A DNA stretch of 54,906 nt from NCBI RefSeq assembly GCF_001194135.2, contig NC_068986.1, positions 4,787,467 through 4,842,372 of the forward strand. Direction: 5' to 3'. Of this stretch, positions 20,881 to 33,790 are shown piece by piece (position 1 is the stretch's first letter; each line of letters opens with the position of its first letter). The stretch comes from Octopus bimaculoides (lineage: Eukaryota). Under the pieces are notes generated by a model. It made no database searches and was not told where the DNA came from. It worked only from the letters and a program-made list of their open reading frames with translations. The translations under genes and the position numbers were made by a program.

Positions 20881-21552
20881 TTTCAATAACCAACAGAGAT
20901 AATAACTCACTGAATATTTTCTGTCTTACTCATATTGTATCAACTATACTTTCATAAAATCTTCCTCCTCTGCTAATTAGGTCTCCTAAGTAACAGAAAC
21001 TAACTATTACCGCTAGGGAATCTCCTGGGTATTTGAAAGAATCTATTTACAGTGTGTCTTTAGTGTTTATTGCTCCAGTACATCTCACATATATTACACA
21101 TACACACACACATGCATCATGTCATTTTTTCCCTCCCCTACTGCCTTCCAGCTCATAGAATGGTTTGTTTCTTTTTATTATCATCTATACACCTACGATT
21201 TATACATAATTTTGGAAATCTTTAGTAATTTAAATTCACTGATAAGATATTTTCCATGAGCTATACTGATGAGATCAAAACATGCAGCAACAGATGATGA
21301 AACAAATTGCTATAAAATACTTGTATAAAATTCAAGCCTTCATTATCAGCATCCCTTCATTCCATCTATCTACAAGTGTGTTTTCTGTGTGCTTTGTATG
21401 TGTGAATACTGTTCACTCATAATCTTGCCAACTGACTAGACTATGCTTTACTAGAGAGATCTAATAAGACCAAAATATTCACTCCAGTCTTCAATGCCTA
21501 TAATGTCCAAAAAATTTTATCAACTGATCCTATTAGAGTTATCTCCTCTAAC

Positions 21553-21954
21553 TCTCTTTTACTTGTTTCAGTCATTTCACTGCGGCCATGCTGGAGCACC
21601 GCCTTTAGTTGAGAAAATCGACCCCGGGACTTATTCTTTGTAAGCCTAGTACTTATTCTATCAGTCTCTTTTGCCGAACCGCTAAGTGACAGGGACATAA
21701 ACACACTAGCATCGGTTGTCAAGCAATGCTAGGGGGACAAACACAGACGCATAAACACCCACACATATATACATATATATATACATACATATGACAGGCT
21801 TCTTTCAGTTTCCGTCTACCAAATCCACTCACAAGGCTTTGGTTGGCCCGAGGCTATAGTAGAAGACACTTGCCCAAGGTGCCACAGAGTGGGACTGAAC
21901 CCGGAACCATGTGGTTGGTAAATAAGCTACTTACCATACAGCCACTCCTGCGCC
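21553..21954 (-). mobile_element. Near full-length, little-diverged tRNA-derived SINE (head, core, microsatellite, tail type 1)
   Basis: Minus strand ggcgcaggagtggctgtatggtaag (A-box-like)...ccgggttcagtccc (B-box-like)...ggcaccttgggcaagtgtcttctactatagcc...(TA/TG)n...aaaggcggtgctccagcatggccgcag. Confidence 0.88.
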
Positions 21955-22349
21955 TCATTCATTCATTTTTTTAAATTTTAAACACTCCAAGAAGGAGTTT
22001 TTATCTACTTATTACATGGATAATCATAGTTCAAAGTGTTTCAGTATAATTAATGTGAAAACCAACAATATTTATATTTTCCACTCACATTTAACACCAC
22101 AACTTGTTACGGTTTGTATTTCATTGCCAATTGATGATACTATATTAAACTGATATATATGATTGTTTTCATATTTTATGATTGTCACATTACTTGTATA
22201 TTTGGTTCTTCGAGTTGGTAGGCTTGATAAATTGTTGCTATGCTTGATAGAATATTGAATTTGAATGCCAGATTGCTTTTATCTTTTATTGACATATTTA
22301 ATACTATAGCTTTACATATTTTGTATTTTTCATATATTTAATATTGTAC

Positions 22350-23560
22350 AAATATATTTCGCAATAATGTTATGATTTACAACCATATTTTACAATAATA
22401 TTGGTATTTTGCTGAAATATTCTACAATAATGTAGTATTTTGCTACCATATTTTACAATAATGTTATGTTTTGCTAGCTCTCTTCAATATAATGTTGTAT
22501 TTCATTAACATGTCCCACAATAATGTTGATATTTTCACAATAATGCTGATATTTTACTAGCATATCATCATCATCATCATCATCATCATCATTTAATGTC
22601 CATTGTCCATGCTGACATGGGTTGGATGGTGTGACCAGAGCTGGCAAGCTAGGACTGTATCTGATTCTAGTCTGCTTTGGCATGGTTTCTATGGTTGGAT
22701 GCCCTTCCTAGTGCCAACCACTTTATAGAGTATGCCGAGTGTTTTACGTAGCATTGCACAGGTGCTTTTATGTGGCATCATATAGGTGTTTTTACATGGC
22801 ACCACATGGGCATTTTTACATGGCCCTGCACAGGTGCTTTTGTGTGGCATTACACAAGCGTTTTTATGTAGCACTGCCACAAGTACTTTACACCACCAAA
22901 AGGATTAGTCTTATCACTTCTGTTGCAAAGTATGGGTCTTCTTGAGTATGGCCAGGCAGCAGCTATCTTACTCCTTTGTCATCTCACTTGAATGGTTCAG
23001 TGTCCTGAGGTCATTCTTCAGTACTTCATCCCATGTCTTCCTGGGTCCCCCACTTCCATGTGTTCCATCCACTTCGAGTGATCAGCACTTCTTTATGGAA
23101 CTATTGGCATGCATCCGCATCATATGACCAAACCAACACAGTCTTCTTTCTTGCACATAGCAATCAATTCCTCTTATGCCTAACTTCTCTCTCAGAACAC
23201 TGGCACTCTATTGAACATGTACACTTACATTACACATCCAGCAGAGCATACTAGCCGCTTCATAATAATGTATTTTACAAACATATTTTACAATAATGTT
23301 ATTTTTACTAGCTCTCTTCAATATAATGTTGTGGCTTATTAACATGTTCCACAATAATGTCAGTATTTTCCCAATAATGTTGATGTTTTACTAACCTAGT
23401 TCACAATAATGTATTTTACTAATGTATTTTACAAAAATGTTGTTTTACTAGCTCTCTTCAATATAATGTATTTTATTTACCTGTTCCACAATAATGTTGA
23501 TATTTTCACAATAATGCTGATATTTTAGTAGCATATTTCACAATAATATATTTTTCAAAC
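22350..23560. repeat. Degenerate ~20-bp AT-rich tandem array (acaataatgttgatattttc-like), split by an RTE insertion at about 22565-23250
   Basis: Repeated tattttacaataatg motifs at 22350-22560 and 23260-23550. Confidence 0.7.
22565..23250 (-). mobile_element. 5'-truncated RTE LINE: coding end, 3' UTR with ~21-bp tandem repeats, and conserved tail with (GAT)n
   Basis: atcccatgtcttcctgggtcccccacttcc (reverse of RGGPRKTW), repeated acaggtgcttttatgtggcat, and tail ggatgcccttcctagtgccaacc. Confidence 0.7.
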
Positions 23561-23682
23561 ATATAATCTGTGACTGCTCTACACCTGATCCGTCCTTGAT
23601 TCTTCCTGTCTGCCTTTGTATTGTCTCTCTGTCCGTATGTTTTTATTGTCATCTGTTACATTCTTATTCCGTTTTTTGGATT

Positions 23683-23723
<41 letters not shown>

Positions 23724-23982
23724 TCAATACAAACATGAACAAGCAAGAAAAAAACAACAAAAAACAACAATGCGAGGATGTGGAATAAGTAGTGTTATTG
23801 GACATTCAGGAAAGTAAAGAAAAGAAAGAGGATTTCATGTTTTGAGCAGAGCTCTTCATCAGAAATATAGAAAAAGTCCAAAGAAGGGAAGACGGAGAAA
23901 GAAAATCGCCAACGATACACATGTTTGTGTGTATATGCATGTATATATGTCAGTATACACACGCACACACACACACACACAC

Positions 23983-24025
<43 letters not shown>

Positions 24026-24037
24026 CACTCTTTACTA

Positions 24038-24061
<24 letters not shown>

Positions 24062-24069
<8 letters not shown>

Positions 24070-24222
24070 GGTAGGCTTTCTTCAGTTTCCATCTACCAAA
24101 TCCACCCAGAAGGCTTTAGTCAGCCTGGGTTATGGTAGAAAACACTTGCCCAAGGTTACCATGCAGAGGGACTGAACTTGGAATCATGTGGTTTGGAAGC
24201 AAACTTCTTGCCACACCTGTGT
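24062..24222 (-). mobile_element. SINE head and core copy (same family as 21553-21954)
   Basis: ggctttcttcagtttccatctaccaaatccac...acacttgcccaagg...gggactgaac. Confidence 0.8.
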
Positions 24223-25483
24223 CTATATACATACAATATTCTTCCACAAAGTTTCCATATGCCAGATGGTTAGCCTGGGGCTATAGCAGAAGATACTTAC
24301 TTGCCCAAGGTGCTACAGCAAGAGAGAGAGAGAGAGAGAGAGAGTCTGAAAACATGTTTTCAAAGTATATTTCTTAACCATGTAGCCATTATTCAGACTG
24401 TCAATAATTCAACAAACCTCCAGATATTATAATTGTTTACATACAATAATGTTGTTCAAACATAAAGAATTTCTTAGAGCTCGTCCAAGCTTTCAGTTGT
24501 CATTTCCTCCCCATGAGAATGCAATATTCAAAGTATCAAGAATTATTAACAATAGGCGCTATAGAGCTAAATTTCAGTTTTAATGATAATCTCATGATTG
24601 CACAGATTGTAGCCTTCCTGACTAACAGCAGGATTATCTCTCAAGTAAACATTCTAGAACTACGTGGAATCTTTTATTGGTTTCTACAGAGATACAATTG
24701 TCAGCTTCACAGGAATTAGTTGGCGAAGCGCCATAAATTGATTTTATTTTTATTTTAACTGAAGATGTGTTAGTTTGTTAAAACAATGTTTATTTAGGAA
24801 TTGAATTTCAATATGCTGCTGGTGTTTAACACCAGGTCGACTTTCACTGAGTAGAACCATGATCAAAAGTATTCAAGTGATGACCATCCTATCTTCTTAG
24901 AGGGTTATATGTCCTGCCCACATATAAGATGTTAGTGTGCATGATTTAAGTAAGATTTGATTGCTATATTTAGCAGGTTGAGTAACCATGTAGAGGTCAT
25001 ACAACCTATATGTAATGACACGCAGGCATTTGCACTGGTTCATATTTAACAAAGTTAAATTGCAGAGACTCTTTCAAACTGAGTCAGATGATAGTGTAAA
25101 ACAATAGCTGGTTGAGAATAAATACAGCCGAATGTATTCTAAATTACAGATGTGATTTGTTTAATGCCATTCTAAGATTTGTAACTCAATAAAGATCTTA
25201 ATTAGAAAGTAGGAAAACACATAAAATACAAAGCAGAACTGAAAATAATGAAAGATTAAAGAAAGAGAAAATAATATATATGTATGAAGGAGCAAAGTCA
25301 TGCAGACAAAGATTTGCAGAGAATTATTATGATTAAAAAGTTAGAATACTGAACAGCAGTTCCAAACGTTGTGTGTTCAAACCTAGGAGCAAGCATAGCT
25401 GCGATATTAAGAAGTTTACTTTGAAAAAACTTTGCATCTGACAACTTTGCACTTTGCAAAAGTGTCTGCTACTATAGTGCCAG

Positions 25484-25872
25484 TTGCTGTTGTTGTTGGC
25501 ACTCCGTCGCTTATGACGTTGCGGGTTTCAGTTGATCCTATCAATGGAACAGCCTGCTCGTGAAATTAACGTGCAAGTGGCCGAGCACTGCACAGACACG
25601 TGTACCCTTAACATAATTCTCGAAGGATATTCAGCATGACACAATGTGACAAGGCTGACCCTTTGAATTACAGGCACAACAGAAACAGGAAGAAAGAGTG
25701 AGAGAAAGTTGTGGTGAAAGAGTACAGCAGGGTTCGCCACCATCCCCTGCCGGAGCCTCGTGGAGCTTTTAGGTGTTTTCGCTCAATAAACACTCACAAT
25801 GCCCGGTCTGGGAATCGAAACCACGATCCTACGACCGTGGAGGCGCAATGGCCCAGTGGTTAGGGCAGCGGA
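25484..25872 (-). mobile_element. tRNA-derived SINE (third family, (CAA)n tail) with inverted 5' head and target-site duplication, nested in an older SINE
   Basis: The body 25484-25837 is on the minus strand. 25838-25872 is the reverse complement of the expected head (compare 33896-33930). The direct repeat atagtgccag occurs at 25474-25483 and 25872-25881. Confidence 0.88.
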
Positions 25873-26189
25873 TAGTGCCAGCATAGTTCTGGTTTTAAGA
25901 TACCTTGTGAGGGGAGTTTGGTGAAATTTGTGTATATGTGCATGTGTGTGTGAGAGAGAAAGAAAGAGAGAGTGTGTATGTGTGTGTGTGTGTGTGTCTG
26001 TGCGTGTGTGTGTGTGTGTTCACATTGACACTGTTTCAAAAGCAGTGACATTTGTTCATGTCCCACAACCCTATGGTTTGACATGCAAAGACCAGCTGGA
26101 TCTTGTCTTCTATACTTCCATTCTTGAAAAACTTTTAGTCAAGTGAACTGACCCCAGTACTTTTTCTCTTTTTTAAGTTTGATACTTAT

Positions 26190-26326
26190 TCTATCAATAC
26201 CTTTTGCTGAACTGCTAAGTTACAGAGGACGTAAACAAACCAACACCGATTGTCAAGTAGTGATAGAGGACAAACACTGACACAAAGACACACACACACA
26301 TATATGTATGTATGTATGTATGCATT

Positions 26327-26359
<33 letters not shown>

Positions 26360-26512
26360 GCTTCTTTCAGTTTCCATCTGTCAAATCACTAAGGCATAGG
26401 TCAGCTTGAGGCTTTAATAGAAGACATTTGCTCAAAGTGCCATGCAGTGGGACTGAACCTAGAACCATGTAGTTCAGAAGCAAGCTTCTTACCACACAGT
26501 CATTCCTGCACC
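26190..26512 (-). mobile_element. SINE copy (head, core, microsatellite, partial tail type 1)
   Basis: Matches 21553-21954 in head, core and tail motifs. Confidence 0.78.
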
Positions 26513-27329
26513 TATACTGTATCATATTTGAAAACAAGCAAAGGTTGATATTGGGAAGGGTTTCGGGCTACCCCCACAAGTCATGTCTAATTATACCAGA
26601 ATGGAAAAAGCAGGTGTAAAAAACATCAATAATGATTTGTGTGTGTGTTTTAGTGAGAAAGAGAGAGAAAGAGTATGTTTGTGTGTGTACATAGTTTTTG
26701 CTAATGTGTATAGTCAAAAGAGACAATTATCAGTAAAGAAACCAAAAAAAAAAAGAAACTTCTTTCGAATGAAAATGTTCTATATGGTATTTGTTTTTCA
26801 CAAGGTACACAGACAATCTCTTGTCCGTCTCACTTTAAGAAAGGTAAATAATCAGTGACTGACATATTTTAAACCTGTAACCAACAACATCACTGATCAC
26901 CAAATTTGATATAGAAGTAAAATGAATAAACCTGTTTCTGACATTGTTTGAAGTTCCAATGTGAAATAAAGTCAACTTTATTTGCCTCAATTTATCCGTC
27001 TAGCAAGATTTTTTTCTCATATCATGATCAAGCAGAAAAAATGTATGTAGTCTTTTTAGGAACACGTTTCTAATGAAATACACTGACTGCCTGTGTGGTG
27101 CAATTAATTTTTAAATAATAATTAATGAATTGGAGAGTTAGTAAAATAAATCAAACTAGTATTTAAGAGAGAGTCTTAGCAAAAGGATATTGCTTAAATA
27201 CACAGAGGTGAATGGTCAAGTGGTTAGAGCATTTTGACTCATGATTGTAAGACTTCAGTTTCAATTACTCGACTGGGTGATGCACAATTTCATTTCACAT
27301 TACTCCAGTCCACTCCTCACCATCAATAT

Positions 27330-27690
27330 TTAACATACGTTTTCCATGCTGGCATGGGTTAGATGGTTTGTTTGACTGAAACTGGTAATCTGGTGGGATA
27401 CACTAGGCTCTAATCTGATTTGGCATGTTTCTATGGCTGGATGCCCTTCCTAATGCCAGCCACTCCAAGAGTGTAGTGGGTGCTTTTTACATGCCACCAG
27501 GATGGGTGCCACCAGGATGGGTGCCACTTTTGTGACACTTGCATCAGCCACATGGCTTGATGTGTCTTCTCAAGCACAACATATCACAAAAGATACTGGT
27601 CACTTGTCATTGCCTCTGTGAGGCCCAACATTCGAAGATCATGCTTCACCACCTTGTCTTCCTGGGTCTACCCCTTCCACAGGTTCCCTC
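27330..27690 (-). mobile_element. RTE LINE 3' end and tail fragment
   Basis: gtcttcctgggtctaccccttccacagg and ctggatgcccttcctaatgcc; small internal duplication ccaggatgggtgcca x2. Confidence 0.7.
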
Positions 27691-27959
27691 TACAGGATTA
27701 TAAACACCAGAGAATCCGGGAAACTGGCCCCCGTGAGTTTATATGACCCATGAAGGAGATTTATCCTATTTTTTTAATCTTTTTAGAAAAGGTTCTTACA
27801 TAAAATTATAATAGAAAGTTTTAATCTAAATATGAACAACTTATGGGCAGTTCTCTGAATTATAATCAGAGATGGTTCCAGGTGGGTTGGTATCAAAAGA
27901 GTAAGATGCATGCTCCAACAATCCATGCAAATATCCTTTTGCATAAATATTCATAAGCC

Positions 27960-28114
27960 CACTCTGTAAAATGGTTGGCATTAGGAAGAGCATCCACCCA
28001 TAAAAGCCATGCCAGATGGACAATGGAGTCTGGTGCCGTGCCCTGGCTTGCCAGCACCTGTCATACCATCCAATCCATGCCAGCATGGAAAACAGACATT
28101 GAATAATGAGGATG

Positions 28115-28153
<39 letters not shown>

Positions 28154-28175
28154 GTGATGATGGTGATGATGATGA
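27960..28175 (+). mobile_element. RTE-type tail with expanded (GAT)n
   Basis: ggttggcattaggaagagcatcc...ccatgccagcatggaaaacagacattg followed by a long (GAT)n. Confidence 0.75.
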
Positions 28176-29689
28176 GCCATGGTAGTCTGGTTGAGAAGTC
28201 TCTTTATATGTGTGTAAATGTGTGTTTGCCTCACTATTTGATAACCAGTATTTATGTGTCCATAACTAAAAGGTTCAGCAAAGAGAAACTGATAAAATAA
28301 GAACCAGACGTAAAAGCAAGCACTGGAGTCAATTTTATTGATTAAGCTTTTCAAAGCAGTGCCCCAGCATGGCCACAATCCAGTAACTAAAACAAGTTTC
28401 AAGAATAAAAGCACCTATGTTAGATTAATATGGTAAAATGCCTGGTTTAGCAAGCAACAGATTAAATTCTGTCTAATAATAAAACCTGCTGGCTACTAAT
28501 TATACTAGTGGCCTAAATTTTAACTTAATAGTTCAGTACTTGCTGAACCCGGCCAGCAGTAACACAAAACAGATTTGAAACAGAAATGTTCCACTATGGG
28601 TGTCACAAGCTGAAAATAAGTTTTGAATATTTGGAAACAATATTGTGTAAAAATAACATTGATAACAAATACATCAACAATATCATTATCAACAACAAGT
28701 AAAATATAAAGGCAGCTAATAGCTTTGAAGATGAAGTGTCAGGATAATAAATGTGATCTTTGGAAAGATTAAGAATCATTGAAGTTTTCCTTTCTTTTTT
28801 CTTTCGTTGTTTTTATCATTGTTTGTTATTCTGAGATTTTGTCTTATACAAATATTGACTGATAAACACCAGTATTTTGGCTTTTTTGGAAAGAACATTC
28901 TAACTGCTTAATGTTATTTTTAAAGATTATGAAGAATGTCATAGTTCAAATATTTTATTTAGATTTATGCAGGATAAAAATATATACTTTAGTAAATTAG
29001 TTGTAGATTTATAATCAAGAACAAAAGCTCTTTTTGTGGAGAATACATCTGACTACTGAGACAGACACAGCTGTATTAAATAGTATTTCAAAAACCCTAT
29101 GTAACTAATTAGCACTAGTTGCTTTTAGATAACTTGTTATAATAGAAGTTCTTTACTGAAAATCTGTAGGCTATTAAGTCCTGATGGCTTCCCAGTCTTG
29201 CTGTGGCTTTTATTCCTCTTAAAATGAACCCATAAAGAATGAGTGGTGAAATCAATGTTGAGTCAGCGGGAGCCAAACATCCTGTTAACATATTTGTGAT
29301 TTCAAGTCATTGTGAATGACAAATCATGATAGGGGAGACATTTTAAAGAGAAGGTCTGTCTGCTTAAGAACAAATATAACTGTTACAAGCAATTAATAGG
29401 AAAAAAAATTGTAAATAGATGAATGTATGATTTCGATCAATATTATGATGGCTCAGAAGAATACTTCATCTGTAGAATAGAGTTACTAGATACATTTCTT
29501 CTGTCTGGGACAGTTTGTTGTTATTTACCAGAAGCTTTCATTTCTATCATGACACCTACAGAGAACCCAACCTTTTCTACAAAATATTAATATATTTATC
29601 CGTTACCAGTTCTCAATGCAACTTCTTTTTTTAGATATGTTTTAGTATGAAGTAGAGAAGAAGTATTTGTGATCTTTGAAAGTAACTCC

Positions 29690-30620
29690 CAAACTGGTTG
29701 ATACGGTCAGTTAAAACTTCTGCAAGATGATGCTTGTAGGGAAACTGCTCTTGGGGAACTGTCTAGGATAAAGGTTTATGTACTGTGTTTTGTGAAGAAT
29801 CTTGAGAACTGAGACACAGCCGGGATGATATGAAGGTGAAGTACGGTAATGGTTTGTAAGTTCAGAGTAAAGGGAAGAAATAGAGCATTAGTGTGTTGCA
29901 GAGTGTTAGAGAGTAAGTTTAATGCTATTTAAAACACTGCTATCTCTAGTAATGCCTGTTTTCAGATATTTGAGTAGTACTCAACTGTAGGGTTCAGCTG
30001 AGCCTTGTATAGGGTTGTAATCCAGAAGTTTGTAACTCAATTTGTAATTCAGAAGAGAAGAAATCTGGTAGTAACAAGAACTATAGCTATGGTGAGGGGA
30101 AAAAATCCAATGTTTTGCAACCAGTCCTTTATCAAGAAAGAGGAGAGAGATTTATTTTCTTATGTTGTTATCTGAAGGTTGTGGTCAACATGGAGGCCAG
30201 ATGTAGATAGTTAAACATCATGTCCCAGGCAAGGAGATTGGATGATAGCTATATTTTAACTATTACATTATTATTTTCTCTTAGTTTATTTGTTTCCAAT
30301 ATTAACTCTCACTGGTTTCCAATGGTTCTGGATTTTACTTGATGAGAAGGCCTAACCAGCCTTTCAGATGCAGATTTAATGCAATGTTATGAATATAGGG
30401 TTGCCATGAGAGATCAGCGACTTTGAACCAAGCATTTCTAACTTTTAGAAGGAGCATAACATTGTGTGTTTCCTTTATTTGTGTTATGACCATGTGTTAA
30501 TGCTATTAAGGGAGTGTACATTATCCCATCCACAATAGAGGATGTTTATATAGTCGTTGTTAAAGATTGTTGTACATATATAGTCTGGTACATATACAGG
30601 TTAGATATGACCGTCAAAAG
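29690..30620 (-). mobile_element. Old CR1/Jockey-group LINE RT C-terminal relic
   Basis: Minus translation TLYKAQLNPTVEYYSNI* resembles LYKAQIRP.MEYCSHIW, with weak downstream and upstream matches. Heavily decayed, boundaries approximate. Confidence 0.45.
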
Positions 30621-30877
30621 TATAAACTGCATGAAGTATGTCTGTGCAGGTTTTGAATTAGGTCATTGATAGTGATAAGAAAGAGAGAGGAGAGCATAAC
30701 AAAACTTACTACAATTAATAATAGAACAGTATATCTATCATCTAATTAATACATTTATTTTCTTGAGATTATATCCATTTCATATTTTATTATTTATGAT
30801 ATTCGTTAAAAAAAGCTAATTATAATGTAGAAATATAGTGTTTCTTTTTACATTTATATGAATAGCACTATACATGC

Positions 30878-30941
<64 letters not shown>

Positions 30942-31097
30942 TATGTATATATTAATATTATCTTGGTTGAAAAACTTTGATAATGCATATATGTTAATAG
31001 TTACCAGGGTAGCAAAAATCACACAAAAACTGGGATATTAAAACTGGTTAATGGTTAGAAATTCCATGTTAAAGTGATGTATTTTGAGTTGATATAA

Positions 31098-31166
31098 AGA
31101 ATAATAATAAATGGAGCAAAACGCATATATTGATTATATGCATTTTGCTCCATTTATTATTATTCT
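31098..31166. repeat. Hairpin: 32-bp stem (1 mismatch) and 5-nt loop
   Basis: agaataataataaatggagcaaaacgcatata-ttgat-tatatgcattttgctccatttattattattct. Confidence 0.92.
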
Positions 31167-31194
31167 ATATATATATATATATATGGATATATAA

Positions 31195-31447
31195 TTTTAA
31201 TGTCCACTTTCCGATGCTTACATGGATCCAACAGAGTATATTTAGGCAGATTTTCTAGGGTCGGATGCCCTTCTTCTCACCACCTCTCACCTTTTTCTAA
31301 ACAAGGTAGTATTTCCTCAGAGTCAGACATGTTCTCACAGAGTATTGGAAATTAATAACACTGCTTGTATGACAGTGAAACTCATTTACAACTATTATGC
31401 AAAGTCAAGACAAGATGACAGAAGTATACACACACTCACACACACAT

Positions 31448-31503
<56 letters not shown>

Positions 31504-31860
31504 ATACTGGTGGTGTTGTGCAAATGGCACCCATGCTGGTGGCACATAAAAGCACCCATTACACTCTCACAGTGGTTGGTGTTAGGAAGGGCATCCAGCC
31601 ATAGAAACCATGCCAAATCAGACTGGTGTCTGGTGCAGCCTTCCAGCTTGTCAGCCCTGATCAAACCGTCCAACCCATGCCAGTTTGGACGACAGACATT
31701 AAATGATGATGATGATGCAACTGGTTTCTTTCCATCAACCAAATCCACTCACAAGACTTTGGTTGACCTGGGACTACAGAAGACATTTAGGCAACATGCC
31801 ACATGGTGGGATTGAACCTAAGACCATGTGATTAGGAATCTTACAGCACTTCTGCACCCA
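31195..31860. mobile_element. Cluster of SINE/RTE tail pieces around a (TG)n: tail type 3 (-, 31195-31440), RTE tail (+, 31520-31720), SINE head and core (-, 31735-31860)
   Basis: Motif matches to other copies in the window. Confidence 0.65.
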
Positions 31861-33319
31861 TATATAACTAATGAACTGTGACAAATATGAACAACACTTT
31901 CTTCCTAGTGAAATGTTCTCATTTTATACTTTCCCTATCTCTCCTTCAATAAAATAACTTCATGTAATATAATGTAATTAATGAATAACTACGCAGTAAT
32001 GTCATTGGTTGCATCATACTGAAGAAATCCACCCAGACTGAAATAGCAACTTTTTACATTTATCAAGGTCTCTATAGTCGAAATGAAAGAAAAAGAAAAG
32101 AAAATTCAATTAAATAACTGCATAAAGTTAATATATTTTATGCCTTACATTTTATCAATAGAAAAAAAACATGGATTTCTTGCAAGACATTTCTCCCACT
32201 TGCAATGGAAATGAAATGAACAACCAGTAGACATAAAACGTGTATACATGTGTGTGTGGGGGGGGGGGATTTAATAGTTGGGTGATTTGTTAAAGCTATT
32301 CAAAGGAAATATCTAAAAGTGTTAAATTTAATATAGCAAACTTAACTTTCAAAAGACACCAAACCAAAGTTATATTCATATGAATGGAAGCTCATTGATA
32401 TACATTAGACACTAAATAATTAATGTGAATGGATTATAAACAGATAATGTAGGCTATATGAAGAAATATTTAGTGCTAAAAGTTGGCTGGTATTAACCAT
32501 AGTTGAAGCTGCAAAGATGTCTGTGATGAAAATTGTAAGAGTTGAAGTTAAAATTTAGGGTTTATTTCTTTCTCTCAAGTCATTAAAGATCTGGCAATAA
32601 TCATTAGGCTGTTTCACTGATGATGTGTAATAAAATTGTAAAATGATTTCACTGTACATAATTTTAGCTAATTTAAATTTCAGGGTTGTCTCCCCTACAT
32701 TTTTTAATACTGAATTAATAATAAAGATAATGATTTTTTTTTTAACCTTTTTTATACAAGTGTACTTTTACTTGAAATCTCTTAGCTCACATAATTAAGT
32801 ATGTGACAGTTCACTCTAATATTCAAATTTATGGAAGTTGGAGATTTTAGCCTTCTTTGATATTTCTCAGTTGAAAATTAAAACAAGGTAATTGATAAAC
32901 TTCCTTGTGGCTGTATTACTAATCAAAAGAATTCTAAAACCTGAGTGGAACCACATTAGCAGAGGCAGGTCAATGTACGAACCTGTATGTGGTTGCAAAC
33001 TGCTACAAGTAGCAATTAAATCTCTTTTAAATCACATGCAATGGTACTGAATTATTGGACAAAAGAAATTCTATGCAGTTTGAAAAAGAAGGATGGTCTT
33101 GATTGAAAAATTTTTGATCACAGGTTGCTCTCTCAGAGTTGACCTGGGGCTAAATAACATAATCATCAGTATAGAGAAATAAATATATGTGTGACCAATT
33201 ACAAGAATACCTTTGATGGCTTTGGAAAAATAATTAACTATTTAAATAGATCAATTACATACTTAAAGATTCTCAAACAATTAAATCAACTGCACAGCTA
33301 ACATATACACATGGATCTA

Positions 33320-33654
33320 GGATATTTTGTCCAAAAAAACACTTCGGCCTAATGCACTATGGTCTAAAGCACTTTGGTCTAAAGTGACTTATGTGTTAAT
33401 ACACTATAGTCTAAAGACATTTTTGCCGAAATGCCCTTAGTATAAAGACATTTTTGTCTAAACTCACTTTAGTCTAATAGCTATTTTGCCAATAGAATCT
33501 TTAAAAAAAATGTAAAAGATCTAAATAACTATACTCTAATAATCAATCCTTTTTGTCTATCAGCGAAAATGCTTAGATGAAAATGCTTTTAGATCAAAGT
33601 GTCTTAGATTAAAGTGGTTTAGACCAAAGTGTTTTAGACCAAAGGGCCATATCC
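33320..33654. mobile_element. Foldback-like MITE with inverted arrays of a short ~16-bp motif
   Basis: Termini GGATAT...ATATCC. The left half has repeated ctttggtctaaa-like units and the right half has repeated tttagaccaaag. No TSD was seen. Confidence 0.6.
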
Positions 33655-33790
33655 CCCCCACACACACACACACACACACAATCACATGCATTTAATCTCA
33701 CTGAACAATATAGACCCTGTAGTCAGATGATAGGATTTCTTTGGCAGCTTGCATTGAAGATCAAAACAAGCTATCATTCTCTCATCATCC

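Noticed and set aside
21900-21954. tRNA gene calls for A-box/B-box-containing heads (also 25838, 33900, 4400)
   Set aside because: They do not complete a cloverleaf and continue into SINE core sequence, so they are tRNA-derived SINE heads.
24500-24560. Minus-strand LHSHGEEMTTESLDEL resembling a pogo C-terminus
   Set aside because: A single short motif with no collinear flanking matches is insufficient evidence.
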